DNA of 64,000 bases. It comes from an uncultured Flavobacteriales bacterium. Lineage in GTDB: Bacteria; Bacteroidota; Bacteroidia; Flavobacteriales_D; Parvicellaceae. Below, piece after piece: positions 1-9,334 of this stretch (positions within the stretch are counted from its first letter, which is position 1; the number at the start of each line of letters is the position of its first letter). The stretch spans positions 4,593-68,592 of the forward strand of contig CAYVVI010000001.1 in NCBI GenBank assembly GCA_964455265.1, given 5' to 3'. The notes under the pieces are model-generated. The model was not told the origin of the DNA, searched no databases, and saw only the letters and a program-made list of their open reading frames with translations. The position numbers and the translations under genes were made by a program.

Positions 1-546
1 GAATCAAGTGTTGCAAGTTTATTGTTCATGCCAGGCGGATATGCAATTGCTTTAGAAACATTGTCTGACTTAGTAATTGGTGAAAGGAAATTGAAACTAG
101 CTCCGATAAAAGAAAAATCAGTAAGTCGAAACATACGGAAAGAAATTCTTGAAGTGTTGAGAAAAAACAGTTCAACAATTTCGCCTGATGATTTAGCCAC
201 ACTTCACAAGAGAGTTGACCAGTTAAATCAAACAACAAACAAAGCACGATTGAAAGCTCCATTTGATTTGTTGACGATTACCATTAACAATGAAGATTTG
301 AGAATACTCGAAACTAGAAATGATTTTCTGCATGGACGAGCTCCTGATTTAACAAATGCAGGAGCAAAGCGTTCAGTAGATAGGATTAATAAAGACCTTT
401 ACTATTGCTCAATGAGATTCTATACTTTATTAAACATGATAATTCTAAAGTGGATTGGTTACGATAACAGAGTGGTGAACTACCCGAAAATCCATGAAGG
501 GTTTACTCAAATTCATTTGGAAGAAGAACCGTTTAGACAGGTTTAA
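1..546 (+). CDS. HEPN-like protein (RNxxxH motif), 5'-truncated by the window edge
   Basis: Frame 1 is open from base 1 with no stop before the ATG at 22, so the CDS probably starts outside the window. It contains ETRNDFLHG, which matches the HEPN R-x4-H (RNxxxH) catalytic motif. No other family was recognised. Confidence 0.45.
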   Translation, partial: ESSVASLLFMPGGYAIALETLSDLVIGERKLKLAPIKEKSVSRNIRKEILEVLRKNSSTISPDDLATLHKRVDQLNQTTNKARLKAPFDLLTITINNEDLRILETRNDFLHGRAPDLTNAGAKRSVDRINKDLYYCSMRFYTLLNMIILKWIGYDNRVVNYPKIHEGFTQIHLEEEPFRQV

Positions 547-619
547 TTAGGCGTATTATATTAGATATACTTTTAAAAAATTAAAGTACCTACTAACTGT
601 GCTCTACAATATCATACAA

Positions 620-1216
620 TTAATGTATTTTGAATGCTTTGTTTAATCCTAAAATATTCATCCTATAAGTCACCATATCGGTACTTGCACTAAAGTGTTC
701 TGATATTTCTTCTTTGCTCATTTCTCTTTTTTTTGCCCAAAGTAAGCATGGTTTGGAGAGCTGTAAAGTAGAGCCGAGACATTTCGCTTCCTCTTCAAAT
801 GTGTCATTAAAATCTCTCATACCAATTGGTATCTCTAAATCAGAATATTTATTAATGTTGTGTTTGTGTTCACATATAATATGAGCAAGCTCGTGCATAA
901 TATCGCTTTGCTGACGTTTGTGAGAGTTAAATGAATTGTAAATAATAATGATTAATTTGGATTTGGTTTGCATTGTAAGAGCACTCCACTCAGGAGACTT
1001 TCCGTCTTTAGAATTAAATATTTTAGAGTCATTAGCAAGAAAATACTCTGCCGTGAAAACTGGTATATTTAGATGTTCAGCAAGCTTAAAAGCGCAAAGT
1101 GGTGCGCATGGGTGAATTCCAAGTTTTTCACGGTACATCGTTGCCAATCTTTCCGAGTGAGCCTTAAAACCCCTTTTAAGGAGATTTTTATTACCCTTTC
1201 TGATGTTCGTAGGCAA
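620..1216 (-). CDS. ImmA/IrrE-family zinc metallopeptidase
   Basis: 198-aa ORF with the zincin HEXXH motif (MHELAHIICEH). It overlaps the upstream XRE gene by 26 nt, the classic ImmA/ImmR-type pair of mobile elements. Confidence 0.85.
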   Translation of the reverse strand: MPTNIRKGNKNLLKRGFKAHSERLATMYREKLGIHPCAPLCAFKLAEHLNIPVFTAEYFLANDSKIFNSKDGKSPEWSALTMQTKSKLIIIIYNSFNSHKRQQSDIMHELAHIICEHKHNINKYSDLEIPIGMRDFNDTFEEEAKCLGSTLQLSKPCLLWAKKREMSKEEISEHFSASTDMVTYRMNILGLNKAFKIH

Positions 1217-1541
1217 TGTTAATCATTTTAATTAAGGCATCAGAGGTATCTTGACTAAGGGTTCTGTCTGCTCTTAAATGAGCAACAACTTCTTCTCTCA
1301 CTGAGAGTTCATCTTTAAGTTTTTTATTGCTGTCTTTATTAATAAACGTATCTGTAGAGACATTTAGCCAACTGCAAAGGCGAATGTAAGTATCAACATC
1401 TGGTAATTTCCCTTGCTCAATTCTTGAAAGTGTTACAAAACTTACATTGCCTATCTCATCAGCAACAGCACGAAGACCACGCTCACCTCTTTTATCTTTA
1501 ATCATTCCGGCAAGTAGTTCAGTATTAAGTGTTGGTTCCAT
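1191..1541 (-). CDS. XRE (Cro/C1) family helix-turn-helix transcriptional regulator
   Basis: 116-aa ORF with an HTH-like segment (LRAVADEIGNVSFVTLSRIEQGK). It is translationally coupled to the ImmA-like peptidase. Confidence 0.85.
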   Translation of the reverse strand: MEPTLNTELLAGMIKDKRGERGLRAVADEIGNVSFVTLSRIEQGKLPDVDTYIRLCSWLNVSTDTFINKDSNKKLKDELSVREEVVAHLRADRTLSQDTSDALIKMINIAYEHQKG

Positions 1542-1767
1542 GTTGAAAACTTTTTATTTGAATATACAGTGTATCTTTTGTGAAACAGAGTTTATTTGTA
1601 TCTTTGCTGCAACAAATTTAATTACGTGTTACAAATGTACACGTTTGAATATTAATAATGAACTTTTTAGTAAAGAATTATTAACAAAAAGAGAGAAATA
1701 TCATTGAATAGAATGAACCTAAACTGCACGGGAGGTTGCGGAATTGTCTAATTAAAATTATTTGTCT

Positions 1768-1983
1768 ATGATAAGATATAAAGTTAATAAATCAACAATT
1801 ACTAATCCAAATGGCAATAATGAAGTACATAGTCAAAACTGTGTGTTCTATAATACTTTATTGAGTTTTGAAGATTTGGGTTATCACTTTTCTTGTGGTA
1901 GTGCTGTTTCTAAAGCCAAAAGTTTAGGATACTCTAAAGCCGATGGTTGTAGAATATGCTCATCACCTTGTCATAATGGGTAA
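1768..1983 (+). CDS. small Cys-rich hypothetical protein
   Basis: The first ATG is at 1768; the track start at 1762 is TTG. The C-terminus is Cys/His-rich (CGS...CRICSSPCH). It is divergent from the XRE gene. No family was recognised. Confidence 0.35.
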   Translation: MIRYKVNKSTITNPNGNNEVHSQNCVFYNTLLSFEDLGYHFSCGSAVSKAKSLGYSKADGCRICSSPCHNG

Positions 1984-2064
1984 ACCTAAGAGAAGACGTC
2001 ACAGCTATAGTGTGACCCCAAGCTGTAAGGGAGCTACAGAATACATAACTTTAAATTGACAAAT

Positions 2065-2526
2065 ATGTTAAATATTTACAATTTGAAAATAGGTGATTTA
2101 ATCGTCCGATCCAAAGGGCTAATAAGTACGCACTATATGGTATACGTTGGTATGCAAAATGGTGTTAGAATGGTGGCCGAAAACCAAATAGGAGAAGGTG
2201 TAAGATACAAAACACTTTCTGAAGCAATTAGAGGGCAAGGAATTGTTCGTTTCGAAAAATTTGGTGGTAAAGACTATGAAAGAACCTTAGTGATACCAAG
2301 AATAAACAAATTGCTTGGAAAAAGCTATAACCTAATTGCATTTAATTGTGAGCACTTCTCCCGTTGGATTGCAACAGGTAAGCTAGAAAGCAAGCAGGTT
2401 GAAAAAGCAAGTAACGTTGCTTTAACAACTGGCACACTAATGTTAACAAGCAGAAACAAAACTCTGCAAACATTGGGTGTGGTATCTTTACTTCTTGGTA
2501 TAATTGGACATGTTTCACAGTCCTAA
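2065..2526 (+). CDS. LRAT / H-rev107-type NlpC/P60 'NC domain' protein with C-terminal TM helix
   Basis: Has a His box (THYMVYVG) and the diagnostic NCEHF Cys motif (LIAFNCEHFSRW) of the LRAT/NC-domain papain-fold family. The hydrophobic C-terminus is LGVVSLLLGIIGHV. The first ATG is at 2065; the track start at 2056 is TTG. Confidence 0.75.
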   Translation: MLNIYNLKIGDLIVRSKGLISTHYMVYVGMQNGVRMVAENQIGEGVRYKTLSEAIRGQGIVRFEKFGGKDYERTLVIPRINKLLGKSYNLIAFNCEHFSRWIATGKLESKQVEKASNVALTTGTLMLTSRNKTLQTLGVVSLLLGIIGHVSQS

Positions 2527-2536
2527 GTACTATTAT

Positions 2537-2565
2537 AAAACGAGCCATAAATTATGGCTCGTTTT
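2537..2565. terminator. bidirectional hairpin terminator between convergent genes
   Basis: AAAACGAGCCATA-AAT-TATGGCTCGTTTT: a 13-bp stem flanked by an A-run and a T-run. It lies between the ends of 2065-2526(+) and 2588-4102(-). Confidence 0.6.
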
Positions 2566-2587
2566 ATTTAGTTTAAATTAATCGAAT

Positions 2588-4102
2588 CTAAAGCATAAGT
2601 AGCCCCATATTCTCTGTTAAAAATTGTTCTATTAAAGGCACTATTTGCGTTTCAAAGTCATGTTTGTTCACGTATTCGTCTGCGAAGTATATGGGGATGT
2701 TGCGTTGTGAATTTTCATCCGAGCGAACTATTATGGCTTCGTCTCCATAAAGTTTCCAACCATAATATTGCTGTATGGCACGGGCAAAACATTCTTGTGT
2801 GGCATTTATATAGTCCGTTTGTTGTTTCTTTGGCTTGTTCATTAAATCACGGAAGGTAAACGCAATTATACCTGCTGTATCTTCGTAATTAAATGAAGCG
2901 AAGTGTTTCCCTTTTGCTTGACCAGCCAAATAGTCTATAAAGTGTCCTATTTCGTGCGCAAATATACTCTCGAACTGCATATTGCCACTTTTATTTGATA
3001 CGCCAATGGTTTGCATAGATGGCACAAAAGCGCCTATAGCTCTACTTGCAAATATCTTGGTATTGGCACAATGCGAAATTTTTAGGTTGTGCTTATCAGC
3101 AATATGTTTTAGGTTCCCAAACGCTTGGTTCATTTTTATCCAAGCGCTTTCTATTTGCATTATATCTATAGGTGTAATCACTTTTCCGTCTTGACGTTTT
3201 ACTAAAATGCCGTGCTTTTCTTTTAAGGAAATATTAGTATTACTTTCACCAAAACTTGTTTCTACACCTTTTATATAAGCTTCGTAATAATTCTGACGTT
3301 GAATTTTTATGTCCTTAGTCATAAAACCAATCATTTCTCTAAACTTACGCCAATATTTAAATACTTCAGGGTTGGATGTTCTAGGCCTTGGCATTGTAGC
3401 TGAAGGGTTTATAAATTGTTCGTACATGTGGTGAAATGATGTCCACATCGTATTTTCAGATAACGATCTAAGGTGTTTGGACCTGTATCGTTTATAAAAC
3501 TTATATATTTTTTCTTTTTCTTGCCATGTAAGCGCTTCGTATTCTTCTTCTGTAATAGTTTTTTGTATTTTAACTGGTAAACTATGAAAAAGCCCCTTTT
3601 TATTAAAAAAACGTTCAAGTTGTTCTTCAGATAAATTATCCCAATATTGTTCTTGGCGTTTAGTTTTTTCTTGTGCTTTTATATTAGCTTTTGCTTTGGC
3701 TTTAGCAAGATAGTAGTCTTGCGTAAGTATAAGCTGTTCTAAAGACAGTATTACAAATGTGTTGTTTTGCAGGGAATCGTACCCTTTTGTGGCAAGTATA
3801 TACCCATCTTCTTCAATGCGAATGGCATCAAATAAATAACTTTTATTGGCAAAAACCTCTTCATCTATAATCGGAACGTTTGGAGGTATTTGAACATCTA
3901 AAATGCTTTCTTTATCAATAACAAAAGTGTTTGTAGTTACTTTTCTAAAGTCAGGAACATTAGTATACTTAACTCCTTTAGCATCGATAATATCTGTAAC
4001 CGCACCCCCATTAGTTAGTGCCTTTATTATATTTTCTTGTTCGCCTTGACACACATCATCTAGTTGTGTGTTGATCATTGATTGTTGTGTATTAATTTTC
4101 AT
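2588..4102 (-). CDS. large zincin-like metallopeptidase-domain protein (polyvalent-protein / anti-restriction-like, tentative)
   Basis: 504-aa ORF with HEXXH in IFAHEIGHFIDYLAG and a downstream ECFARA segment. The context (methylase, ParB, recombinase) resembles the cargo of conjugative or mobile elements. The family assignment is tentative. Confidence 0.45.
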   Translation of the reverse strand: MKINTQQSMINTQLDDVCQGEQENIIKALTNGGAVTDIIDAKGVKYTNVPDFRKVTTNTFVIDKESILDVQIPPNVPIIDEEVFANKSYLFDAIRIEEDGYILATKGYDSLQNNTFVILSLEQLILTQDYYLAKAKAKANIKAQEKTKRQEQYWDNLSEEQLERFFNKKGLFHSLPVKIQKTITEEEYEALTWQEKEKIYKFYKRYRSKHLRSLSENTMWTSFHHMYEQFINPSATMPRPRTSNPEVFKYWRKFREMIGFMTKDIKIQRQNYYEAYIKGVETSFGESNTNISLKEKHGILVKRQDGKVITPIDIMQIESAWIKMNQAFGNLKHIADKHNLKISHCANTKIFASRAIGAFVPSMQTIGVSNKSGNMQFESIFAHEIGHFIDYLAGQAKGKHFASFNYEDTAGIIAFTFRDLMNKPKKQQTDYINATQECFARAIQQYYGWKLYGDEAIIVRSDENSQRNIPIYFADEYVNKHDFETQIVPLIEQFLTENMGLLML

Positions 4103-4238
4103 AATATTAAATTTTATAAGTTTATTGTTTCTGTTTTTGATGTTTTACATTTCTTGTGTTTCATTTATTCTGTCTGCTATAGCTTCTGCAATCTTTTGTA
4201 TTGTTCTTTTCATAATTAGCCCCTCATTTTACTTGATT

Positions 4239-5246
4239 TTAGGCAGCTTTTGAGATAGGATTTTTCTCGTTTAAAGCATTCATCACATTTGGTGTAAGGA
4301 TGTTTTGCTTTATGTGTAATCCAATTGCTTTAGTAATCATTGGTGGAACTGCATTACCGATTCTTGCAAATTGTTGGTTATAAGAACCAATTAGTTTAAA
4401 GTCACTAGGAAAAGACGATAATACTTTCAGTTCTTCAATAGTAGGTTTTCTTCTAAAACCATCGAATTCATAAACCCACATTGAACTCGTTTTAGTAATT
4501 GTACATGAAGGTCTATCTGAGCTAATAATTCTGTCTTTAAACTGGCCAGCTGAAAACCCAACTATGTGTGGAAAGTGCGCCTTCACAGACATATCACTTG
4601 CTTTTGTAGATGGTGTTGGAAATAAAGACGGTACATCAATTAGTTGGTTTATATCGTTTCTAACTCCAATCACAATTACTCTTCTACGTTCTTGAGGAAC
4701 ACCGTACTGTTCTGCTTTCAATACTTTGAACTCAACTCTGTAGTTCATCTTCTTAAACTCTCGTACAAAGCTATTCCAAACCGTTTTCATCTTCCCCTTT
4801 CGCATTCCTTCAACGTTCTCTATGACAAAAACTTTTGGTTGAATTTCTAATATCAACTTTATAGTTTTCAAGTAGAGGTCATTTCTTATGTCGTAAACAT
4901 CCCTCTTGGTGTTACTTGATGAAAACGATTGGCATGGTGGTGAAGCATCTAATACATCAAGCTCACCTCTTTTAAGCCCCATCATTTGTAGAAGCTTTTT
5001 GCCAGTTAACTTTGAAATGTCTTCATTATATACTGGCGTTTTAGAAAAATTAAGTTTAAATACTTCTCTTGCATTTTTATCCCACTCAATGGCGAGTAGT
5101 TCTTTTAGCCCAGCAAGCACATAGCCTAAACTAGAACCGCCACAACCAGCAAATAAAGAGATAAACTTAATGATTTGGGTTTTAAGGGGGATAACCTTTT
5201 TATCCCCCTGATTTGATTTGTTTGTTTCTACTTTTTTTAACGTCAT
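4239..5246 (-). CDS. DNA (cytosine-5)-methyltransferase
   Basis: All canonical C5-MTase motifs are present: I FAGCGG, IV PPCQSFS, VI ENV, VIII QERRRV, X GNAVPP. Confidence 0.95.
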   Translation of the reverse strand: MTLKKVETNKSNQGDKKVIPLKTQIIKFISLFAGCGGSSLGYVLAGLKELLAIEWDKNAREVFKLNFSKTPVYNEDISKLTGKKLLQMMGLKRGELDVLDASPPCQSFSSSNTKRDVYDIRNDLYLKTIKLILEIQPKVFVIENVEGMRKGKMKTVWNSFVREFKKMNYRVEFKVLKAEQYGVPQERRRVIVIGVRNDINQLIDVPSLFPTPSTKASDMSVKAHFPHIVGFSAGQFKDRIISSDRPSCTITKTSSMWVYEFDGFRRKPTIEELKVLSSFPSDFKLIGSYNQQFARIGNAVPPMITKAIGLHIKQNILTPNVMNALNEKNPISKAA

Positions 5247-5260
5247 ATATTTAGTTTTAG

Positions 5261-5914
5261 TTAATACTTATGACCACAATGTGGGCACACATGATTTGAG
5301 ATTTCTGAAACTTCTTCGCTGTTAGGCTCAGTTTCTTTTGCACTTTTTGGTTTTTTCTCTTTCACTTCCTCATAAGCTTGATGAATAGATAATTCACCTG
5401 TACTTATTAAATTAAGTAGATGGGGTGCCTTTTCATCTATTTTCTCAAGCTTATAAACATTGCCTTCGGAAATGTTGCAGTGAAGTGAAATCAACTGTCT
5501 TGAAGATAATCTACTGTTTTCATCAGTGTTCTCTTCAAGATCGGTTCGCTTACCTTGACGTTTTTTGAAAACTTTTCTGAGATACTTTATCTCATTTAAG
5601 CGTTCAATGATGTTTTTGTCGCGGTGGCGATTAAACGAGATGAGATAAAGCGTCTTATCTACATCTATACTATTCAAATTGTCAAAGATCGTTGCTGGTA
5701 TTTTATCCCAGCCCAGCCGCTGGTAGGCCAGCCACCTTTGTACCCCATGTACAATAGTGTTATCTGGCTCAATGACAATTGGCTCTAATAGTCCTTTATG
5801 CTCTTTAATGGACTCAATTAGAAGTTCTAATTGTCTGTTCTCAACTTGATAAATTTGAGCATAGTTTTTGCTCGGGCGTAGTTCGTTAACATCCGCCATG
5901 ATTGCTTTTTTCAT
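5261..5914 (-). CDS. ParB-like nuclease (ParB/Srx N-terminal) domain protein with C-terminal zinc ribbon
   Basis: ParB-N-like core (EPIVIEPDNTIVHGVQRWLAYQRLGW) and a C-terminal CPHCGH. It lies 14 nt upstream of the methyltransferase in the same orientation. Confidence 0.65.
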   Translation of the reverse strand: MKKAIMADVNELRPSKNYAQIYQVENRQLELLIESIKEHKGLLEPIVIEPDNTIVHGVQRWLAYQRLGWDKIPATIFDNLNSIDVDKTLYLISFNRHRDKNIIERLNEIKYLRKVFKKRQGKRTDLEENTDENSRLSSRQLISLHCNISEGNVYKLEKIDEKAPHLLNLISTGELSIHQAYEEVKEKKPKSAKETEPNSEEVSEISNHVCPHCGHKY

Positions 5915-6022
5915 TGTTTTATGAATTTTAGTTAAACATTATTTGACTAAAATCCAAGCGCTCGGACTTAAATACGATGTGATCAGCATCGCAGTATTTT
6001 TATTAAAAAAAGAAGGTAAAAA

Positions 6023-6045
6023 ATGGGCAGACAGAATCTGCCCAT
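6023..6045 (-). terminator. hairpin terminator downstream of 6054-6374
   Basis: ATGGGCAGA-CAGAA-TCTGCCCAT, a 9-bp stem. On the minus strand it is followed by a T-rich run (TTTTTTACCTTCTTTTTTT). Confidence 0.5.
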
Positions 6046-6053
6046 TGAAAAGT

Positions 6054-6374
6054 TTACTTAATAGTATTTAGGTAAATACGATAAGTTTTAAGGGCTGAAA
6101 TGGTATTATTTTGAGAATTAGAATTTCTATTTTGAAATGATTTACATTTTTTTAATTTTTCAATATAATCATTGATAAATCCTGGTGTATTAAGTTTATA
6201 AAAATCTAATTCTATCATACCCATGTCATCGATTGAATTAGAGATGTCATTAGTATAACAAGAGGCACTATTTTTTTTGAATTTCACCAAAATAGATTCT
6301 CCAGATTTAATTGCTTCTAAATAAAAATAATGGTTAGAAAGCCATTTTTTGTAGTTGTTTAAATTGTTTTTCAT
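6054..6374 (-). CDS. hypothetical protein
   Basis: 106-aa ORF with a terminator hairpin just downstream. No motif was recognised. Confidence 0.45.
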   Translation of the reverse strand: MKNNLNNYKKWLSNHYFYLEAIKSGESILVKFKKNSASCYTNDISNSIDDMGMIELDFYKLNTPGFINDYIEKLKKCKSFQNRNSNSQNNTISALKTYRIYLNTIK

Positions 6375-6548
6375 ATTTTTTTATTTTTTGTTTATGAGGG
6401 GTTAAACGGCATCATAATCAATAAAAATATTATGGTTAGGGAATAATAAAGGGATGCTTTCGGGAGTGTGGAAGGGAGAAAACAGAAGCTATCCCAATAA
6501 CAATGGGGAGGGCTTAAAATGAAAAAAAAAAATTAATAAAATTTAACC

Positions 6549-7121
6549 CTAAGATTTAGGGCTTTTATGGAATGCACCCTCTATTAAAGAAATAAAGTGT
6601 TTATCCTTATCGGAAACTTCTGATTTCTTAAAATTTTTACTCAGTTTGGAATAAGAAATAGGGTCATAATCAAAAGAAAAATAGCATGAAGCCACTTTAT
6701 ATTTATAGTCATAATATTTACAGTAACTAGTTAACTGAATAATAAAATACCAAAAAGAGGACATACTTCGCAACCAAGGAATTTTATATTTTATGGTATT
6801 AGGTTCAAATAGACAACCTATTTCTTCTGACGTAATTGTTGAATCGATATAACCAAATTCAACAAGTCTTTTTCTTAATTCTTTTATTATTTTACTTTTA
6901 TCCTTTAGATATTCATCTTTAAGAATATAAAATTCATATTTTGAATCTTTCGTTTTCTCAAACTTAAGTCTTTTTGGATCATATTTTTTATTATTATGTA
7001 TGCCAGCTACAGAGTTATCTACCACCTGAAAAACAATATCCAAAACACCTTTGCTAAAATTTTGCTCTTTAAGTTGTTTGCTTAAAAGGTCTCTATCAAT
7101 ATTTATAATATTACTTTTCAA
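6549..7121 (-). CDS. hypothetical protein
   Basis: 190-aa ORF that overlaps the upstream ORF by 11 nt (operon-like). No motif was recognised. Confidence 0.5.
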   Translation of the reverse strand: MKSNIINIDRDLLSKQLKEQNFSKGVLDIVFQVVDNSVAGIHNNKKYDPKRLKFEKTKDSKYEFYILKDEYLKDKSKIIKELRKRLVEFGYIDSTITSEEIGCLFEPNTIKYKIPWLRSMSSFWYFIIQLTSYCKYYDYKYKVASCYFSFDYDPISYSKLSKNFKKSEVSDKDKHFISLIEGAFHKSPKS

Positions 7122-7761
7122 TAAATTTAGATAAATAATTTGCGTGAGCTTGAATCGCCAAAAATTTTGATACTTCTTTTGGCTGTTTTAATGAAAAATA
7201 AATAATGGTACTCTTATCCTTTGTAAAATTTCTTGAAATAATTTTTATTTTTTTTAAGCTAGACTGGCTTTTAACTCCTGAATATAGAAGTAGCCACTTA
7301 GGCCATTCAAAAGTTGATGTTTTAGTCTCTAATAAAATATTATATTCTTTAATTATTACAGGTATTCTTTTTTCTTTGCCTTGTTCTACTATGCTTATTA
7401 AAGATGAATTGAGAAAATTAAGGTGTTCGACAGATTGAGATTTAATTTCTTCAATATCCTTTAATAATCTAATATAGTTATTAAAAGATGTTTTTATACC
7501 ACTTTGGACTCCTTTGGTAAGTTTATTAAACTCATCATTATTAATTAACTTATCAAGAATTTTAATAACGAGCTTTGAAGAACTTATACTATAGAATTTC
7601 TCTCTATCTTGATTGATAATACGTAGCCCTCTGTTTAGTCTACTAATATAATCTGAGATAGCTCTTTTAGATTTGGTTTCTTCTTCTAATAAGTATTTTC
7701 TAAATTCTTTACTCATTGCTAATTCCAAATCTAATAATGTAATTGTTTGTATAGAAAACAT
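7111..7761 (-). CDS. hypothetical protein
   Basis: 216-aa ORF, divergent from the serine recombinase. No motif was recognised. Confidence 0.5.
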   Translation of the reverse strand: MFSIQTITLLDLELAMSKEFRKYLLEEETKSKRAISDYISRLNRGLRIINQDREKFYSISSSKLVIKILDKLINNDEFNKLTKGVQSGIKTSFNNYIRLLKDIEEIKSQSVEHLNFLNSSLISIVEQGKEKRIPVIIKEYNILLETKTSTFEWPKWLLLYSGVKSQSSLKKIKIISRNFTKDKSTIIYFSLKQPKEVSKFLAIQAHANYLSKFIEK

Positions 7762-7789
7762 TTTATCTTAAGTTTTCAACACTTTCCTA

Positions 7790-7803
7790 CGTGCGCGCGC
7801 ACG
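7790..7803. promoter_or_regulatory. perfect 14-bp all-G/C-core palindrome CGTGCGCGCGCACG
   Basis: A perfect palindrome that is extremely GC-rich against an AT-rich background. It lies in the divergent intergenic region between 7111-7761(-) and the recombinase gene. Confidence 0.35.
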
Positions 7804-7874
7804 CGATTATTAATAGTATAACACTTCATTATAATTTGACTAAAGTTGACTTCTATTTCCAATTTTTGGCCAAT

Positions 7875-7910
7875 TTGGCACTCTTTAAACATTAGTATAA
7901 AGAGTGCCAA
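7875..7910. promoter_or_regulatory. 13-bp perfect inverted repeat TTGGCACTCTTTA-N10-TAAAGAGTGCCAA upstream of the serine recombinase
   Basis: Perfect 13-bp arms with a 10-bp spacer, 31 nt upstream of the recombinase ATG. An extra TTGGC half-site (TTTTTGGCCAATTTGGCA) precedes it. Candidate operator or recombination (res/hix-like) site. Confidence 0.4.
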
Positions 7911-7940
7911 AACTCAATAAAAACGGCTATACTCGCCCTT

Positions 7941-8585
7941 ATGAACTACATCGCATATTATCGTGTCAGCACCAAGAAACAGGGCGAATCCACACTCGGA
8001 CTAAAAGCACAACAAGAATCTGTTAAGAGGTTTTTGAATGGTAAAACCATACTACATGAGTTTGTAGAAATAGAAACAGGCACGAACAAACGGGTTCGAC
8101 CTATTTTATTAGAGGCAATTGAGCTATGTAAAAAACATGATGCGACCTTGATTATTGCCAAGCTTGATCGACTCGCTCGTAATGTTGCATTCGTGTCATC
8201 ACTGATGGATGCTCACGTAAAGTTTGTTGCGGTGGATATGCCTCAAGCGAATGAATTGACTATTCACATTATGAGTGCAATCGCACAACACGAGGCGAAG
8301 ATTATTTCTACTCGTATTAAAGAGGCATTGGCGCAAAGCAAAAAGAAGCTGGGCAACCCTCATAACCTTACGGCCGAAGCAAGAGAGCTCGGTAGAGCTA
8401 GAATTAAAGAAAAACGCCTAAGTAATGAGAATACTATTAGAGCACTTGCTTTTATAAAAGGACTTGATTATAATAACATGAGTTTAGTTGAAATTGCGAG
8501 ATTATTAAATGATAATCGATTTTCTACACCTATGGGTAAAAAATATAGCGCTTGTCAAGTGAGACGATTGATTATAAGGATTTGA
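7941..8585 (+). CDS. serine recombinase (resolvase/invertase family)
   Basis: The N-terminal catalytic signature is MNYIAYYRVSTKKQ (nucleophile Ser), followed by LIIAKLDRLARN. The C-terminal region is HTH-like. Confidence 0.9.
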   Translation: MNYIAYYRVSTKKQGESTLGLKAQQESVKRFLNGKTILHEFVEIETGTNKRVRPILLEAIELCKKHDATLIIAKLDRLARNVAFVSSLMDAHVKFVAVDMPQANELTIHIMSAIAQHEAKIISTRIKEALAQSKKKLGNPHNLTAEARELGRARIKEKRLSNENTIRALAFIKGLDYNNMSLVEIARLLNDNRFSTPMGKKYSACQVRRLIIRI

Positions 8586-8634
8586 CAACAATTATAGCGC
8601 CTTAATTAATAAACTGATATTATAAACATAAATG

Positions 8635-8949
8635 TTACTCAAAACCACACAAGTCTTTTTTGCCTAAAGCAATGGCTTCGCTTTTGGGTAGTTGCTTTAC
8701 TTCTGCTTTGCATGAGTTAAGCCCTCTGCAATTTTTATTGTAGTGGTATTTGGTTGAGCCCTTACTATTGCAGATATAGACTTTTTCAGTGTTGATGGTA
8801 TCAACTACTGTCGCGTATGCACCCAATGGAGATATGGAGGTTGAATCTATTGTTAAACTATCGGTGTTTACAACGGGTAGTTCTGTTTGTGCATTACCAC
8901 AAAAGGTAAATGCAAAAAGGGTGAGTGTTAAAATGAGTAAGTGTTTCAT
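8635..8949 (-). CDS. small secreted Cys-containing protein
   Basis: The signal peptide is MKHLLILTLTLFAFTFCGNAQ. The C-terminal module is Cys-rich (ICNSKGSTKYHYNKNCRGLNSC). Confidence 0.55.
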   Translation of the reverse strand: MKHLLILTLTLFAFTFCGNAQTELPVVNTDSLTIDSTSISPLGAYATVVDTINTEKVYICNSKGSTKYHYNKNCRGLNSCKAEVKQLPKSEAIALGKKDLCGFE

Positions 8950-9040
8950 ATTTTTTTGTTAAAACGCTAATTTAGACATTGAATCTAATTAAGATTCATT
9001 TTTAAACCTATTTTACAACAATACGCATTACATATTCTGT

Positions 9041-9334
9041 TTATTTATATTTATTAATCCAATCCCACGCTTCCTTTGGTAGCCAACCATTATGATTTTT
9101 TAAATTTAGCTCTGCAACAAGAAAATGCTTATTTGGCATGTGCTGAATTACGAAATCTGATACATTGGTTGCTGTTGTAGTATTATTTGTTATAATAATG
9201 TATGAACTTTCAAGATAATGCCACCAATTGACTACACCTTTAGCCGTTGTTATAGAATCGTGAAACTTTTTATAATCAAAGCTATCTAGAATCCCTCCCT
9301 TGTCAAAATTTATTATATATGCTTTATTATACAT
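9041..9334 (-). CDS. hypothetical protein
   Basis: 97-aa ORF whose start overlaps the stop of the upstream ORF by 1 nt (coupled pair). Confidence 0.45.
   Translation of the reverse strand: MYNKAYIINFDKGGILDSFDYKKFHDSITTAKGVVNWWHYLESSYIIITNNTTTATNVSDFVIQHMPNKHFLVAELNLKNHNGWLPKEAWDWINKYK

Noticed and set aside
2982-3194. Many 60-110-aa track ORFs lie antisense to, or out of frame within, longer well-supported genes. Examples are 26-262, 1447-1707, 2342-2548, 2982-3194, 3409-3618, 4068-4253, 4644-4850, 4906-5124, 7205-7438, 7958-8161, 10931-11266, 12198-12527, 13645-13890, 14788-15027, 15925-16164, 16405-16641, 17527-17724, 18833-19027, 23191-23418, 23944-24241, 26683-27528, 28803-29093, 31678-32258, 35385-35630, 39270-39527, 39860-40048, 42053-42715, 44313-46258, 50003-51043, 51245-51448, 52809-53015, 54468-54650, 58837-59550, 60161-60352 and 62153-62410.
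   Set aside because: They are shadow ORFs. Each is fully embedded in a longer ORF on the opposite strand or in another frame that has recognisable motifs or operon context. Their sequences are low-complexity (L/S/F-rich), as expected from the antisense of AT-rich coding DNA.
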